From the NCBI GenBank assembly GCA_963921355.3, contig OZ001190.1, positions 4,411,145 to 4,475,144 of the forward strand: 64,000 bases of DNA. The letters run 5' to 3'. Each line of letters begins with the position of its first letter. Within the stretch, counting starts at the first letter, position 1. The notes under the pieces are model-generated. The model was not told the DNA's origin and searched no databases. It saw only the letters and a list, made by a program, of their open reading frames with translations. Below are positions 46,080 to 55,946 of the stretch, piece by piece. The position numbers and the translations under genes were made by a program. This DNA is from Thalassobaculaceae bacterium. GTDB taxonomy: Bacteria; Pseudomonadota; Alphaproteobacteria; Thalassobaculales; Thalassobaculaceae.

Positions 46080-48611
46080 ATGTGTGGGAGTCGGACAGTT
46101 GGTGGTGACGTTTCGGATGGCAACGTGACCGCCACTTCAGAATCTCTACCTGACGGGGATGAACTCGGCCTCCAGCCCGCACTCGACGCGCTGGGCGATG
46201 GGCTGCTGCTGCTGGACAGCGAGGATCGCGTCGTCACGTTCAATGCCGCGTTCCTGGAACTGTTCCCCCATATGGCAGCGGTCCTGAAGACGGGCGCCCC
46301 GTTCGAGAAGATGCTCGAGTTCGATGTCGCCTCCAAAGACTGGGAAAACCAACCCGAATCCGCCGAAGCGTGGACCGCGCGCCGACTTCAGGCCCATGGG
46401 CAGACATCGGCGACTCTGGAGGAATGCCAGGTCAAAGGACGCTGGATCCGTATTGGCGACCACGCGACCAGCGACGGCGGTCGCGTCATCCACTACCGCG
46501 ACATCACGCAGACGCATCGCCAGCAGGAAGACGTCGACCACTTCAATGCCCTCCTGCGCGGTACGCTGGAAGCCAACAACCAGGGCATCTGTGCGTTCGA
46601 CAAGCACGGCCGTCTGGCGACCTGGAACAGCCGGTATTTCGAGATGCTGGACCTGCCGGCAACCTTCGCCCAGGCGGGCACGCCGATGATCGACATCCTG
46701 CGCTATCTGGCACAGCAGGGGGAGTACGGCGACGGGGAGCCGGAGGAACTGGCCACCGACGTGCACCAGATGATCACGACCACGCCCGGTATTGCGTTCG
46801 AGCGCAAAACCCGGCGCGGCCACCGGGTCGAGGTCCGTGTGCGGCCGATGGCGGAAGGTGGCGGTGTAATCGCGTTCACCGATGTCACCGAGCGGGTCAA
46901 GGCCGAGGAAGCCCTGCGAGCAAGCGAAGAGCGCTACGCCCTGGCGGCCGCCGGTGCCAATGATGGCCTGTGGGATTGGGATCTCGCCACCAACCACATC
47001 TTCTTCTCTCCCCGTTGGAAAGAGATGCTGGGCCATCAGGAGTCGGGGATCGGAGACGGCGCGGAGGAATGGTTAAGCCGGATCCACCCGGAAGACGTCC
47101 AGCGGGTCACGGCGCAGATCGACGCCCACCTGAACGGGACCGTCGACAATTTCGAGAGCGAACACAGGATCCGCCACCGGGACGAAACCTATCGCTGGAT
47201 GCTGCTGCGCGGTCTGGCGGTTCGCGACACTGCCGGCAAAGCGTATCGGATCGCCGGTTCGATGACCGATGTCACCGACCGCAAACGCGCCGAAGAGCAA
47301 TCCATCCACGACGCCCTGCACGACAATCTGACCGGGCTTCCGAACCGCACGCTGTTCCTGGAACGCGTCCGCCAGGCCCTGGCCCGGCAGCGTCGGATGC
47401 CGACCGCGGAGTTCGCGGTGATCTACCTCGATCTGGACCGCTTCAAGGTGGTCAACGAAAGCCTGGGCCATGTCCATGGCGACGACCTGATCATCTCGGC
47501 GTCGCGCCGTCTCCACGACAACCTGAAGTTCGGTGACACCGTCGCCCGGCTCGGCGGCGACGAGTTCGCAATACTGCTGGAGGAGGTGACCGACAAGAAC
47601 GAGGCCCTGGTCGTCTGCGACATGGTCCAGAAGGCGCTCTCGTCTCCCTTCACCCTCAGCGGCAAAGAGATCTTCACGACGGCCTCCATGGGCGCCGCGC
47701 AGTCCGGCGAAGGGTACGGCCGACCGGAAGACATCCTGCGCGATGCCGAACTCGCCATGTACCGGGCCAAGGAACTCGGCAAGGCCCAGGCGCAGACTTT
47801 CGACGCCAGCCTTCGCGGCACATCGATCACTCCGCTCGAAATGGAAACCGACCTGCGCCGGGCGATCGAACGCGAAGAGATGCGGCTGCACTTGCAGCCG
47901 ATCATTTCGCTATCCAACGGGCGGATCCGGGGATTCGAGGCCCTGACCCGCTGGCAGCATCCCGAGCACGGGTTCGTGCCGCCGATCGACTTAATCCCGC
48001 TGGCCGAAGAAACCGGCATGATCGTCGAACTCGGGGAGTGGGTGCTGCGTCAGGCCTGCCAGCAGACGGTGGCCTGGACAAAGGCGTTTCCGCAGGCCGG
48101 TCCGCTGGAGGTCAGCGTCAACCTCTCCGGCCGTCAGTTCAGTCAGTTCGACCTGGTCCGGATGGTGACCAACAGCCTGGAGAGAACCGGCCTGCCGCCC
48201 GGTGACCTGAAACTCGAGATCACGGAGAGCGCGCTGATGGAGAACGCGCACCTTTCCGCCCAGATGCTCCACGACCTCAAGGAACTGGACATTCAGATCT
48301 GCGTCGACGATTTCGGGACCGGCTACAGCTCGCTGAGCTACCTTCACACCTTCCCGATCGACACTCTCAAGATCGACAAATCCTTCGTCCACGATATGGG
48401 CCGCAACCGGCACAATCTGCAGATCGTGCGCACCATCGCGCTGCTGGCCCAGAACCTGAGGCTGGACGTGATCGCGGAAGGGGTCGAGACTCCCGAACAG
48501 CTTGCGCAGTTGCGTGCGATCGGCTGCGGCTTTGCCCAGGGCTTCCTATTCTCTCCGCCCCTGGCTGCCGACGGCATCGAGCAGTTGCTGCGCGAAAATC
48601 GGAGCTGGTAG
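46080..48611 (+). CDS. PAS-PAS-GGDEF-EAL signalling protein
   Basis: ATG at 46080 follows AAGGAG. Two PAS-like regions; RLGGDEFAILL (GGDEF); EALTRW...DDFGTGYSSL...KIDKSF (EAL). Both catalytic motifs are intact. Confidence 0.9.
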   Translation: MCGSRTVGGDVSDGNVTATSESLPDGDELGLQPALDALGDGLLLLDSEDRVVTFNAAFLELFPHMAAVLKTGAPFEKMLEFDVASKDWENQPESAEAWTARRLQAHGQTSATLEECQVKGRWIRIGDHATSDGGRVIHYRDITQTHRQQEDVDHFNALLRGTLEANNQGICAFDKHGRLATWNSRYFEMLDLPATFAQAGTPMIDILRYLAQQGEYGDGEPEELATDVHQMITTTPGIAFERKTRRGHRVEVRVRPMAEGGGVIAFTDVTERVKAEEALRASEERYALAAAGANDGLWDWDLATNHIFFSPRWKEMLGHQESGIGDGAEEWLSRIHPEDVQRVTAQIDAHLNGTVDNFESEHRIRHRDETYRWMLLRGLAVRDTAGKAYRIAGSMTDVTDRKRAEEQSIHDALHDNLTGLPNRTLFLERVRQALARQRRMPTAEFAVIYLDLDRFKVVNESLGHVHGDDLIISASRRLHDNLKFGDTVARLGGDEFAILLEEVTDKNEALVVCDMVQKALSSPFTLSGKEIFTTASMGAAQSGEGYGRPEDILRDAELAMYRAKELGKAQAQTFDASLRGTSITPLEMETDLRRAIEREEMRLHLQPIISLSNGRIRGFEALTRWQHPEHGFVPPIDLIPLAEETGMIVELGEWVLRQACQQTVAWTKAFPQAGPLEVSVNLSGRQFSQFDLVRMVTNSLERTGLPPGDLKLEITESALMENAHLSAQMLHDLKELDIQICVDDFGTGYSSLSYLHTFPIDTLKIDKSFVHDMGRNRHNLQIVRTIALLAQNLRLDVIAEGVETPEQLAQLRAIGCGFAQGFLFSPPLAADGIEQLLRENRSW

Positions 48612-48623
48612 GGGCTCGAGAGA

Positions 48624-49775
48624 ATGCGCCGATTCGATGTCTATTTCCTGCAGAAGCGGAGCACAGCTGGCTGGGACACCCTTGAGAGGGCGCAGTCGGC
48701 CTCGGTGCTGATTGCCTCCGTCGTTCGCGAATTCGACGGCCAGGAGGATGCTGAGCTCCGCGTCGTCGCCGGCGACTGGAACGAGGCCATCGGGGAATGG
48801 GAGTTCAGCCAGATCTTCTTCGTCGACCGGGGGTCGATCGATCTCCGCCTGGCGGAGTCAGCGGAGGAGGACGACGAGCCGGCAGCGTCTTGGTCGACGG
48901 GATCCGACCGCGCCGGCGGCACCGACGACAGTCTGGAAGCCGACCTGCCGCCGGAGCGGGCACAGACACCCGGTGCAGACACGGGCGCGACCGGCAGCGG
49001 CTTCGCGGCAGCCATTCGGGCAGCCAGCGAACAGGCGGAGCAGGAGGCCGCGGGCGCAACCGAGGATGACAGCCGGACCGCTCCCGAGGACCCGCTCGAC
49101 ATGCCGGAACCGGCGAACCGATCGGAACGCTCCTCGCGACGCGGCACGCGCGACGACGACACCAATGAGGACCTGCGCTCGCTTGGGTTTGTCCATGGCG
49201 ACCTCGACGCCGAGGACTTGGATGTGCCCCCGCCGGAGTTCCGCCCGGAACCGAGGCGGGGGGGCAGGCTGTTCTTCATGATCGGCACGCTGCTGATCGC
49301 GGTCCTGCTGATCCTCGGCTCGGCAGCCGCCCTGATGGTGGCCTTCAAGGTCGATCCGGCACCCCGCTACATCGAGATGTTCAAGCAATGGCGCGCCGGT
49401 GGGGATTTTATGCTGCAGTCCGAGGAGACCACATCGGGACCGGTGAGCGTCGTCCCACAGACGGTGGGCCAGGTCGCACGGTTTGACGGGGTCGTGCCGG
49501 AGCTGCGCGGCCGCTGGTCCGCGGGGGATTGTGCGGAGGAGTACATCGAGTTCGATGTCGACGGGTTCGTGGTGGCGGCCCCCGGACGACCGCCCTCCGT
49601 CAAAGTGCCGGTGACGGAAACCCTCACCGACGACTACACATGGTACCTGCGCCGCTCAGACACCCTGGTCGAACACTTCCAGCGCCTTGGCGACAGCGAC
49701 ATCCAGATGATCGGCGACACGACGCCGGTCGGGTTCACCCAGCGCACGTCAGAGGTTTTCACACGCTGTCCCTGA
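48624..49775 (+). CDS. hypothetical single-pass membrane protein with acidic low-complexity region
   Basis: 383 aa. It starts 12 nt after the GGDEF-EAL gene. Central D/E-rich stretch, TM helix LFFMIGTLLIAVLLILGSAAALMVAF, and a C-terminal globular region. Confidence 0.6.
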   Translation: MRRFDVYFLQKRSTAGWDTLERAQSASVLIASVVREFDGQEDAELRVVAGDWNEAIGEWEFSQIFFVDRGSIDLRLAESAEEDDEPAASWSTGSDRAGGTDDSLEADLPPERAQTPGADTGATGSGFAAAIRAASEQAEQEAAGATEDDSRTAPEDPLDMPEPANRSERSSRRGTRDDDTNEDLRSLGFVHGDLDAEDLDVPPPEFRPEPRRGGRLFFMIGTLLIAVLLILGSAAALMVAFKVDPAPRYIEMFKQWRAGGDFMLQSEETTSGPVSVVPQTVGQVARFDGVVPELRGRWSAGDCAEEYIEFDVDGFVVAAPGRPPSVKVPVTETLTDDYTWYLRRSDTLVEHFQRLGDSDIQMIGDTTPVGFTQRTSEVFTRCP

Positions 49776-49807
49776 GCGAGAGCGAGAAGACTCGACGCTG
49801 ACCCGCT

Positions 49808-50524
49808 CTAGAACAGGCTTCTCTGGGCCGGCGGCGGTGGCGCCGCCGGGACCGCATCGAGGGCGACAGGCTCTATCAGGCCGGCGGCGTCGTTGCGCAC
49901 GTTCCCGACCCGCCGGTCGACCGGATAGGCTTCGATCACTGCCGGGTCGACGGCCTCGGTCAGGCGGCCCGCCGTCTCGCCGTCCCCCTCCAGCCAGGTT
50001 GCGAAAGCGGCGCGATCGAACAGCATGACCGGCATCCGGTGGTGAATGTGCGCGATGGCCTCGTTGGCGCCGGTGGTCAAGATGGTGAAGGTCTCGAGCG
50101 GACTGCCCTCTCCACGCCCTTCCCAGATTTCCCACAAGCCGGCGAACGCGAACGGCGCCCGGTCCTTGCGGACAACGCGGTACGGCTGCTTGTGTCCGGC
50201 TTCAGTCCGCCATTCGTAGAACCTGTCGGCCGGGATCAGGCAGCGCCGCGATCGAAACGCCGCGCGGAAAGGTGGTTTCTCGGCAACGGTCTCGCGACGG
50301 GCGTTGATCATCCGGGCGCCGATCTCGATCTCCTTGGCCCAGGACGGCACCAGCCCCCAGCGCATCATCGCCAGCTGCCGCTGACCCTCGGATCCGAGCC
50401 GTACGACCGGGGCATCCTGGGTCGGCGCCATGTTCCAGCGCGGCTGGAGATTCAGCATGGAATCAACGTCGAACAGGCTGCGCAGCGCCTCCGTCGGCAG
50501 TGTGATGCTGTAGCGTCCGCACAT
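49808..50524 (-). CDS. SOS-response-associated peptidase (SRAP/YedK family)
   Basis: MCGRYS N-terminus (catalytic Cys2), PRWNMAPTQ and FYEW motifs. Confidence 0.9.
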   Translation of the reverse strand: MCGRYSITLPTEALRSLFDVDSMLNLQPRWNMAPTQDAPVVRLGSEGQRQLAMMRWGLVPSWAKEIEIGARMINARRETVAEKPPFRAAFRSRRCLIPADRFYEWRTEAGHKQPYRVVRKDRAPFAFAGLWEIWEGRGEGSPLETFTILTTGANEAIAHIHHRMPVMLFDRAAFATWLEGDGETAGRLTEAVDPAVIEAYPVDRRVGNVRNDAAGLIEPVALDAVPAAPPPPAQRSLF

Positions 50525-50624
50525 CTTCCGAGCTCCCCGAACCGCGACGCCGTCCCGCTTGGAGAAGGTTCAGTCGACGGCTAACATCCCGATCCAAACC
50601 AACCGCGAACGGGCGAGGCAGGCA

Positions 50625-52961
50625 ATGGCGAAGTTCGGCATCGGACAGGGCATGAAGCGTTTCGAGGACCAGCGCTTCCTGACCGAGACGGGGCAATACA
50701 CCGACGACCTGCAGATCGACGGCACGGTGATCGCCCACGTGCTGCGCAGCCCCCTCGCCCATGCCCGGATCACGTCAATCGATGTGACCTCAGCCCGGTC
50801 GATGGCCGGCGTTCTGGCGGTCTGGACCCATGGCGATATAAAGGCCGACGGCGTCGGTGACATGCCCTGTGGCGCCCTTCTGAAAGGGCGCGACGGCAAA
50901 CGCGCCGTCGGGCCGGTCTACCCGTTGCTGACCGGTGATCGGGTTCGCCATGTCGGCGACGCCGTCGCCCTGATCGTCGCCGAGACCATGGATCAGGCCC
51001 GCGATGCGGCGGAGGCGATCGAGGTCGAGTACGACGCCCTGGCGGCGGTCCCGGGGATCGAAGCGGCGAGTGCCCCGGACGCACCCCCGATCTGGGACGC
51101 GGCCCCCGACAACCTCTGCCTCGACTGGGAGACCGGTGATGCCGCCGCCGTCGAGCAAGCGCTCGCGAATGCCGCCCACGTCGCCGAACTGGCCCTGGTG
51201 AACAACCGGATCATCGTCAATTCGCTCGAGCCGCGCGGGGCCATCGGCGTGGTCGATGCCGCCACCGGCGATCGAACGCTCTACGTCTCGACCCAAGGCC
51301 CCCACGGCGTCCGTGATGTGATGGCCAAGGTCCTGAACCTCGCGGCGGAGAAGATCCGTTGTGTCTCGCCCGATGTCGGCGGCGGGTTCGGGATGAAGAT
51401 TTTCCCTTACCGGGAACACGCGCTCGTGCTGTGGGCCGCCGGAAAGATCGGAAGACCGGTCAAGTGGATCGGCGAGCGCGGCGAGTCCTTCGTCTCGGAC
51501 ACCCAAGGTCGCGATCACCAATCCCACGCCCGACTGGCGCTCGACGGCGATGGCCGCTTCCTTGGGCTTGCCGTCGACACCAAAGCCGACCTCGGGGCCT
51601 ATCTTTCGCTCTATGCGCCCGCGATTCCGACGGTGGCGGGCTCCGGCATGCTGGCGGGGCTCTATGCGACACCGGCGATCCACGTGCGGGTTCGCTGCTA
51701 TTTCACCAACACGTTGCCGGTCGATGCCTATCGGGGCGCCGGTCGGCCGGAGGCGGCCTATCTGGTCGAGCGCCTGGTCGATGTCGCCGCCGGCGTGGTC
51801 GGTCTGCCGCGCGACGAGATCCGCCGCCGGAACTTCATCGCTGCCTCCGCCATGCCGTTCACCACCGCACTCGGCGAAACCTATGACAGTGGTGATTTCG
51901 CCGGCCATCTCGACAAGGCGCTCGACGCCGCCGAGTGGTCGGCAATCGATGCGCGCAAGGCCGACAGCAGCAGGGCTGGGAAACTGCGCGGGATCGGGAT
52001 CTCGACCTATGTCGAAGCGTGTGGCGGCGGCGGCCCGGAATGGTCCGACATGCGGATCGAGCCGGACGGCTCGATCGTGGTTCCGATCGGCACGCGCTCA
52101 ACCGGTCAGGGCCATGAGACCGCCTATACTCAGCTGGTGGCCGAGGCCTTCGGCGTCGACAACGACAAGGTCAAGATCATCCAGGGCGATACCGCCGCCA
52201 TCGAGAACGGTTCGGGCACCGACGACTCGCGCTCGCTGCCGGCCGGCGGCTCGGCGCTGCACATGGCGATCCAGAGCGTGTCGGCGAAGGCCCGGATGCT
52301 GGCCGGCTACGCGCTGGAGGCGGCCGACGCGGATCTGGAGTTGGCCGACGGCAAGTACACGGTCGTCGGCACCGACCGGTCGATCAACCTGGGCGAGCTT
52401 GCCACCCTGGCGAACGACCCCGACCGCCTGCCGGAAGGCATCGACCCCGGCCTGGAAGCGAAGGAGATGTACAAGCCGCAGGCCTCGACCTACCCCAACG
52501 GCACCCATGTCTGCGAAGTCGAGATCGATCCGGATACCGGCATCATCGAGGAGCTTCGCTTCACGGTGGTCGATGATTTCGGCGAGGTCGTGAACCCGCT
52601 GCTGCTGGAGGGGCAGGTCCATGGCGGCGTCGCCCAGGGCATCGGCCAGGCGCTCTACGAGCATTGCGTCTACGACGACAGTGCCCAGCTGGTGACCGGC
52701 TCACTGATGGACTACTGCCTGCCGCGCGCGGACAACGTCCCACCGGTCGCCTTCTCGATGAGTCCGACCCGGTGCATGACGAACCCGCTCGGGGTGAAGG
52801 GCTGCGGAGAAGCCGGCGCCATCGGCGCGCCGCCGGCAGTGATCAACGCGGTCCTCGATGCGCTGTCGGCGGTCGGCGTTACCAATATCGATATGCCGGC
52901 GACCCCGGACGTGGTTTGGGCGGCCATCCAGAACGCCCGTCCAGCCGCCGCAGCGGAGTAG
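50625..52961 (+). CDS. xanthine dehydrogenase/CoxL-family molybdopterin-binding subunit
   Basis: Start at MAKFGIGQGMKRFEDQRFLTETGQYTDDL. The a/b hammerhead and two MoCo-binding domains are present (GGGFGMK, AYRGAGRPEA). Confidence 0.9.
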   Translation: MAKFGIGQGMKRFEDQRFLTETGQYTDDLQIDGTVIAHVLRSPLAHARITSIDVTSARSMAGVLAVWTHGDIKADGVGDMPCGALLKGRDGKRAVGPVYPLLTGDRVRHVGDAVALIVAETMDQARDAAEAIEVEYDALAAVPGIEAASAPDAPPIWDAAPDNLCLDWETGDAAAVEQALANAAHVAELALVNNRIIVNSLEPRGAIGVVDAATGDRTLYVSTQGPHGVRDVMAKVLNLAAEKIRCVSPDVGGGFGMKIFPYREHALVLWAAGKIGRPVKWIGERGESFVSDTQGRDHQSHARLALDGDGRFLGLAVDTKADLGAYLSLYAPAIPTVAGSGMLAGLYATPAIHVRVRCYFTNTLPVDAYRGAGRPEAAYLVERLVDVAAGVVGLPRDEIRRRNFIAASAMPFTTALGETYDSGDFAGHLDKALDAAEWSAIDARKADSSRAGKLRGIGISTYVEACGGGGPEWSDMRIEPDGSIVVPIGTRSTGQGHETAYTQLVAEAFGVDNDKVKIIQGDTAAIENGSGTDDSRSLPAGGSALHMAIQSVSAKARMLAGYALEAADADLELADGKYTVVGTDRSINLGELATLANDPDRLPEGIDPGLEAKEMYKPQASTYPNGTHVCEVEIDPDTGIIEELRFTVVDDFGEVVNPLLLEGQVHGGVAQGIGQALYEHCVYDDSAQLVTGSLMDYCLPRADNVPPVAFSMSPTRCMTNPLGVKGCGEAGAIGAPPAVINAVLDALSAVGVTNIDMPATPDVVWAAIQNARPAAAAE

Positions 52962-52965
52962 CGTG

Positions 52966-53778
52966 ATGTCCTTCGGCGCGACCGCCAACACCCTTCCCGG
53001 AACGCCCATCGACCCGGCGGACCGTACCGCCCTGCTGGACGCCGTCGTGACGATCGCCCGGGCTGCCGGCGACGTTATCCTGCCGTACTACCGTGCCGAC
53101 GTTACCGTCGACGACAAGGCCGATGGAAGCCCGGTGACCGCCGCCGACCAGGCCGCCGACGCCCTGATCGTCCCGGCCCTGCGAACCCTCACACCCGCCG
53201 TTCCGGTGGTCGCCGAGGAAAGCGTCGACGCGGGGCATGTCCCGGATGTTTCCGGCGGTCGGTTCTGGCTCGTCGATCCGCTCGACGGAACCAAGGAGTT
53301 CATCAACAGGCGCCGCGATTTCACGGTCAATATCGGCCTGATCTGGGACGGGACCCCGGTGCTGGGTGTCGTGCACACACCCGTCGACGGGGTGGTCTGG
53401 GCCGGCGCCACCGGCCACGGGGCCTGGGAGGAAGACGCCGACGGTGCCCGAACGGCGATCCGTGTCCGCAGCCCGGGAGCCGACGGCCTGACCATCGTGG
53501 CCAGCCGCAGCCACCGCAATCCCGAACTGGAAGCGTATATCGCCACGCTCACGGTCAAGGAGAGCGTGTCGCGCGGCTCGGCCCTGAAGTTCTGCATCGT
53601 CGCCCGCGGCGATGCCGATCTGTACCCCCGGACCGGCCCGACCATGGAATGGGATACGGCGGCGGGCCAAGCCGTGCTGCTGGCCGCCGGCGGGTCCATG
53701 ACCAAATTCGACGGCAGCCCGTTCGACTATGCCAAGCCCGGCTTCCTGAACGGCCAGTTCATCGCCCGGGGGGCCTAG
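52966..53778 (+). CDS. cysQ: 3'(2'),5'-bisphosphate nucleotidase
   Basis: DGSPVTAADQAAD, WLVDPLDGTKEF and WDTAAGQAVL are inositol-monophosphatase-family motifs. Confidence 0.85.
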   Translation: MSFGATANTLPGTPIDPADRTALLDAVVTIARAAGDVILPYYRADVTVDDKADGSPVTAADQAADALIVPALRTLTPAVPVVAEESVDAGHVPDVSGGRFWLVDPLDGTKEFINRRRDFTVNIGLIWDGTPVLGVVHTPVDGVVWAGATGHGAWEEDADGARTAIRVRSPGADGLTIVASRSHRNPELEAYIATLTVKESVSRGSALKFCIVARGDADLYPRTGPTMEWDTAAGQAVLLAAGGSMTKFDGSPFDYAKPGFLNGQFIARGA

Positions 53779-53781
53779 GCC

Positions 53782-54186
53782 ATGGGCCGGCGACAGAGCG
53801 GTCTCACTGTCCTGGCCGGCGCCGTCCTCTGCGCCATGATGACCCCTTTTGCCGGCCACACTCAGGTGGAGCCGCCGACGGCGCCAACAAGCCCGCGTCA
53901 CCCGTTGTCCGAAGGCAAACCGGTAGGGAGTCTGAAAATCGAGAGGAGGGAACCGGTCGTTCCGGGAACCGAGGCGCCCCGTCGACTGGTCGGTCCGAAC
54001 GAGACGAGATCCCGCACCCCGGCCCGGCGCGAGCGCCTGCAGGCCAACCCGATCCCGCAGCCGCCGGGCCCCAACCCGCCGGTCCGGTTGATCAAGCCCC
54101 GCCCGCGCTCGACGGTGCCGATCGGGATCATCGACCCGCGCCCGGGCACCACCCCAAAGCACCCGGGAACCATCGAGGCGCGGTAG
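53782..54186 (+). CDS. proline-rich secreted hypothetical protein
   Basis: 134 aa. Signal-like N-terminus LTVLAGAVLCAMMTPFAGHT, followed by Pro/Arg-rich low complexity. Confidence 0.4.
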   Translation: MGRRQSGLTVLAGAVLCAMMTPFAGHTQVEPPTAPTSPRHPLSEGKPVGSLKIERREPVVPGTEAPRRLVGPNETRSRTPARRERLQANPIPQPPGPNPPVRLIKPRPRSTVPIGIIDPRPGTTPKHPGTIEAR

Positions 54187-54197
54187 GTCGAGAGCCG

Positions 54198-55247
54198 CTA
54201 GGCCTCCTGCACCACCCTGCGGATGGCGGCGATGGCGGTCTCGATGTCGCGCGCGTCCACATCCAGGTGGGTCACCGCCCGGATCAGCGTCGGACCCAGC
54301 ACGCTGACCCGCACTTCGAACTCGGATGTCAGCCGGCGGCCGAACTCCGCCCCCGACAGGCCCGTCCCGGACACGTCGAAATAGACCATGTTGGTCTCGA
54401 CCCCACCGGTATCGACGTCGACGCCGTCCAGATCCTCGATCCCCTCGGCGAGTCGTCTGGCATTGGTGTGATCGTCCGCCATGCGCTCGACGTGGTGATC
54501 GAGAGCGTAGACGCCGGCCGCCGCGATGATCCCAGCCTGGCGCATCGCCCCGCCGAACTGGTGCTTGAAGCGCCACGCTTCCTCGATGAAGTCGCGTCCG
54601 CCGGCCATGACGCCGCCCACCGGACACCCGAGCCCCTTGGACAGGTCGATCCACACGCTGTCGCAGTCCTGGGCATAGCGCGCGGCCGACACCCCGCTGG
54701 CGGCCACCGCGTTCAGCAGCCGGGCCCCGTCCATGTGCAGTTTCAGGCCGTTGGACCTGGCCGCCGCCGCGACCCCGTCGAGGATGTCCGTCGGCCAGAT
54801 CGCGCCACCGCCGAGATTGGCGGTGTTCTCGACCGACACCAGGGTCTGTCGCGGCGCGTGCCGGGTCTTCGGGCGGATCGCCGCCGCCACCTGCTCGGCG
54901 GTGAAGATCCCCCGCGCACCCGGTATCGTGCGCATCATCGCCCCGGCGAGCGCCCCCGGTCCGCCCGCCTCGAAATGCAGCGCGTGGCCGGTCTCGTCCA
55001 GGATGATCTCGTCGCCCTGACCGCACCAAACCCGATAGGCGATCTCGTTGCACATGGTCCCGCTCGGCAGGAACACCGCAGCCTCCTTGCCGAGCAGCTC
55101 GGCGACCCGGTCCTGCAACGCATTGACGCTCGGGTCCTCGCCGGCCTGTTCGTTGCCGACCTCAGCCGCGGCGATCGCCTGGCGCATGCCGTCGGTCGGC
55201 CGGGTGACGGTATCGCTGTAAAGGTCCACGCGCGGAAGGGCGGCCAT
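54198..55247 (-). CDS. ltaE: low-specificity L-threonine aldolase (PLP-dependent)
   Basis: Start at MAALPRVDLYSDTVTRPTDGMRQAIAAAEVGNEQAGEDPSVNALQ, the characteristic LtaE N-terminus. Confidence 0.8.
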   Translation of the reverse strand: MAALPRVDLYSDTVTRPTDGMRQAIAAAEVGNEQAGEDPSVNALQDRVAELLGKEAAVFLPSGTMCNEIAYRVWCGQGDEIILDETGHALHFEAGGPGALAGAMMRTIPGARGIFTAEQVAAAIRPKTRHAPRQTLVSVENTANLGGGAIWPTDILDGVAAAARSNGLKLHMDGARLLNAVAASGVSAARYAQDCDSVWIDLSKGLGCPVGGVMAGGRDFIEEAWRFKHQFGGAMRQAGIIAAAGVYALDHHVERMADDHTNARRLAEGIEDLDGVDVDTGGVETNMVYFDVSGTGLSGAEFGRRLTSEFEVRVSVLGPTLIRAVTHLDVDARDIETAIAAIRRVVQEA

Positions 55248-55335
55248 GGTCGATGTCTCCGATAGGCTGGGGATGTTGCGGATAGGGCTTGGCATCCACA
55301 CCTTAGACGGTGCACGCAATGACGAGGAAGACCGG

Positions 55336-55719
55336 ATGTCGCAGGACCGCGCCCTGATCCGCCGCCCACTGCCGTTCAAGCTGTCGGCACCCGAGAACGA
55401 CCGTCTGGCGGTGCATATTGTCTACGCGCTCTATGCCGCCAGCCTGATCTTCCAGATCCCCTCGATGTTCGGCGTGATCCTGGCCTACCTCAAGCGCGAC
55501 GACGTCGAAGGCACTTACCTGGAGCCGCATATCCGCTGGCAGATCCGGACCTTCTGGATCTGGCTGCTGTTGAGCGTGATCGGCTGGACGACCACCGTCC
55601 TGCTGGTCGGCTGGCTGATCCTGGGGGTCGCCTATCTCTGGCTGGTCTACCGGATCGTCAAAGGCTGGCTGCGGCTCTCGAACGGAGAACCGGTCCTGCG
55701 GCCCGGGGACTTCTTCTAG
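55336..55719 (+). CDS. small membrane protein (DUF4870/TM2-like, tentative)
   Basis: 127 aa with three hydrophobic helices. Contains VILAYLKRDDVEGTYLEPHIRWQIRTFW. Confidence 0.6.
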   Translation: MSQDRALIRRPLPFKLSAPENDRLAVHIVYALYAASLIFQIPSMFGVILAYLKRDDVEGTYLEPHIRWQIRTFWIWLLLSVIGWTTTVLLVGWLILGVAYLWLVYRIVKGWLRLSNGEPVLRPGDFF

Positions 55720-55946
55720 CAGGGTATCGAAGCCCTCCAGCGGATCTTTGGACCCCGGAAATCTATTTCTGCGGCTGGCCAATATCCTTATTCCCGGCCT
55801 TAAGTCGGGACCCAGACCGGGAGTTGGCCGGAACGCATGAGTGTCCTTGACGAAGCCTCAACGCGCTAGACCCTAGGCCCCGGGACCAACCCCGGATTAA
55901 ATCCGGGGCGGGGATGCGGGTATCTTGACGCGAAAACCGCCTCCGA

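Noticed and set aside
52879-55265. Large overlapping ORFs 52879..55053 (-) and 53649..55265 (+)
   Set aside because: They are Arg/Gly/Pro-rich shadow frames opposite cysQ and ltaE. No motifs are present, and they conflict with well-supported genes.
55889-55907. Hairpin CCCCGGA-ttaaa-TCCGGGG and surrounding structured 227-nt gap, considered as a terminator, riboswitch or sRNA
   Set aside because: There is no U-tract on either strand, no promoter-like element, and no match to any riboswitch consensus I can recognise. I mention it only as context for the MttB-family gene.
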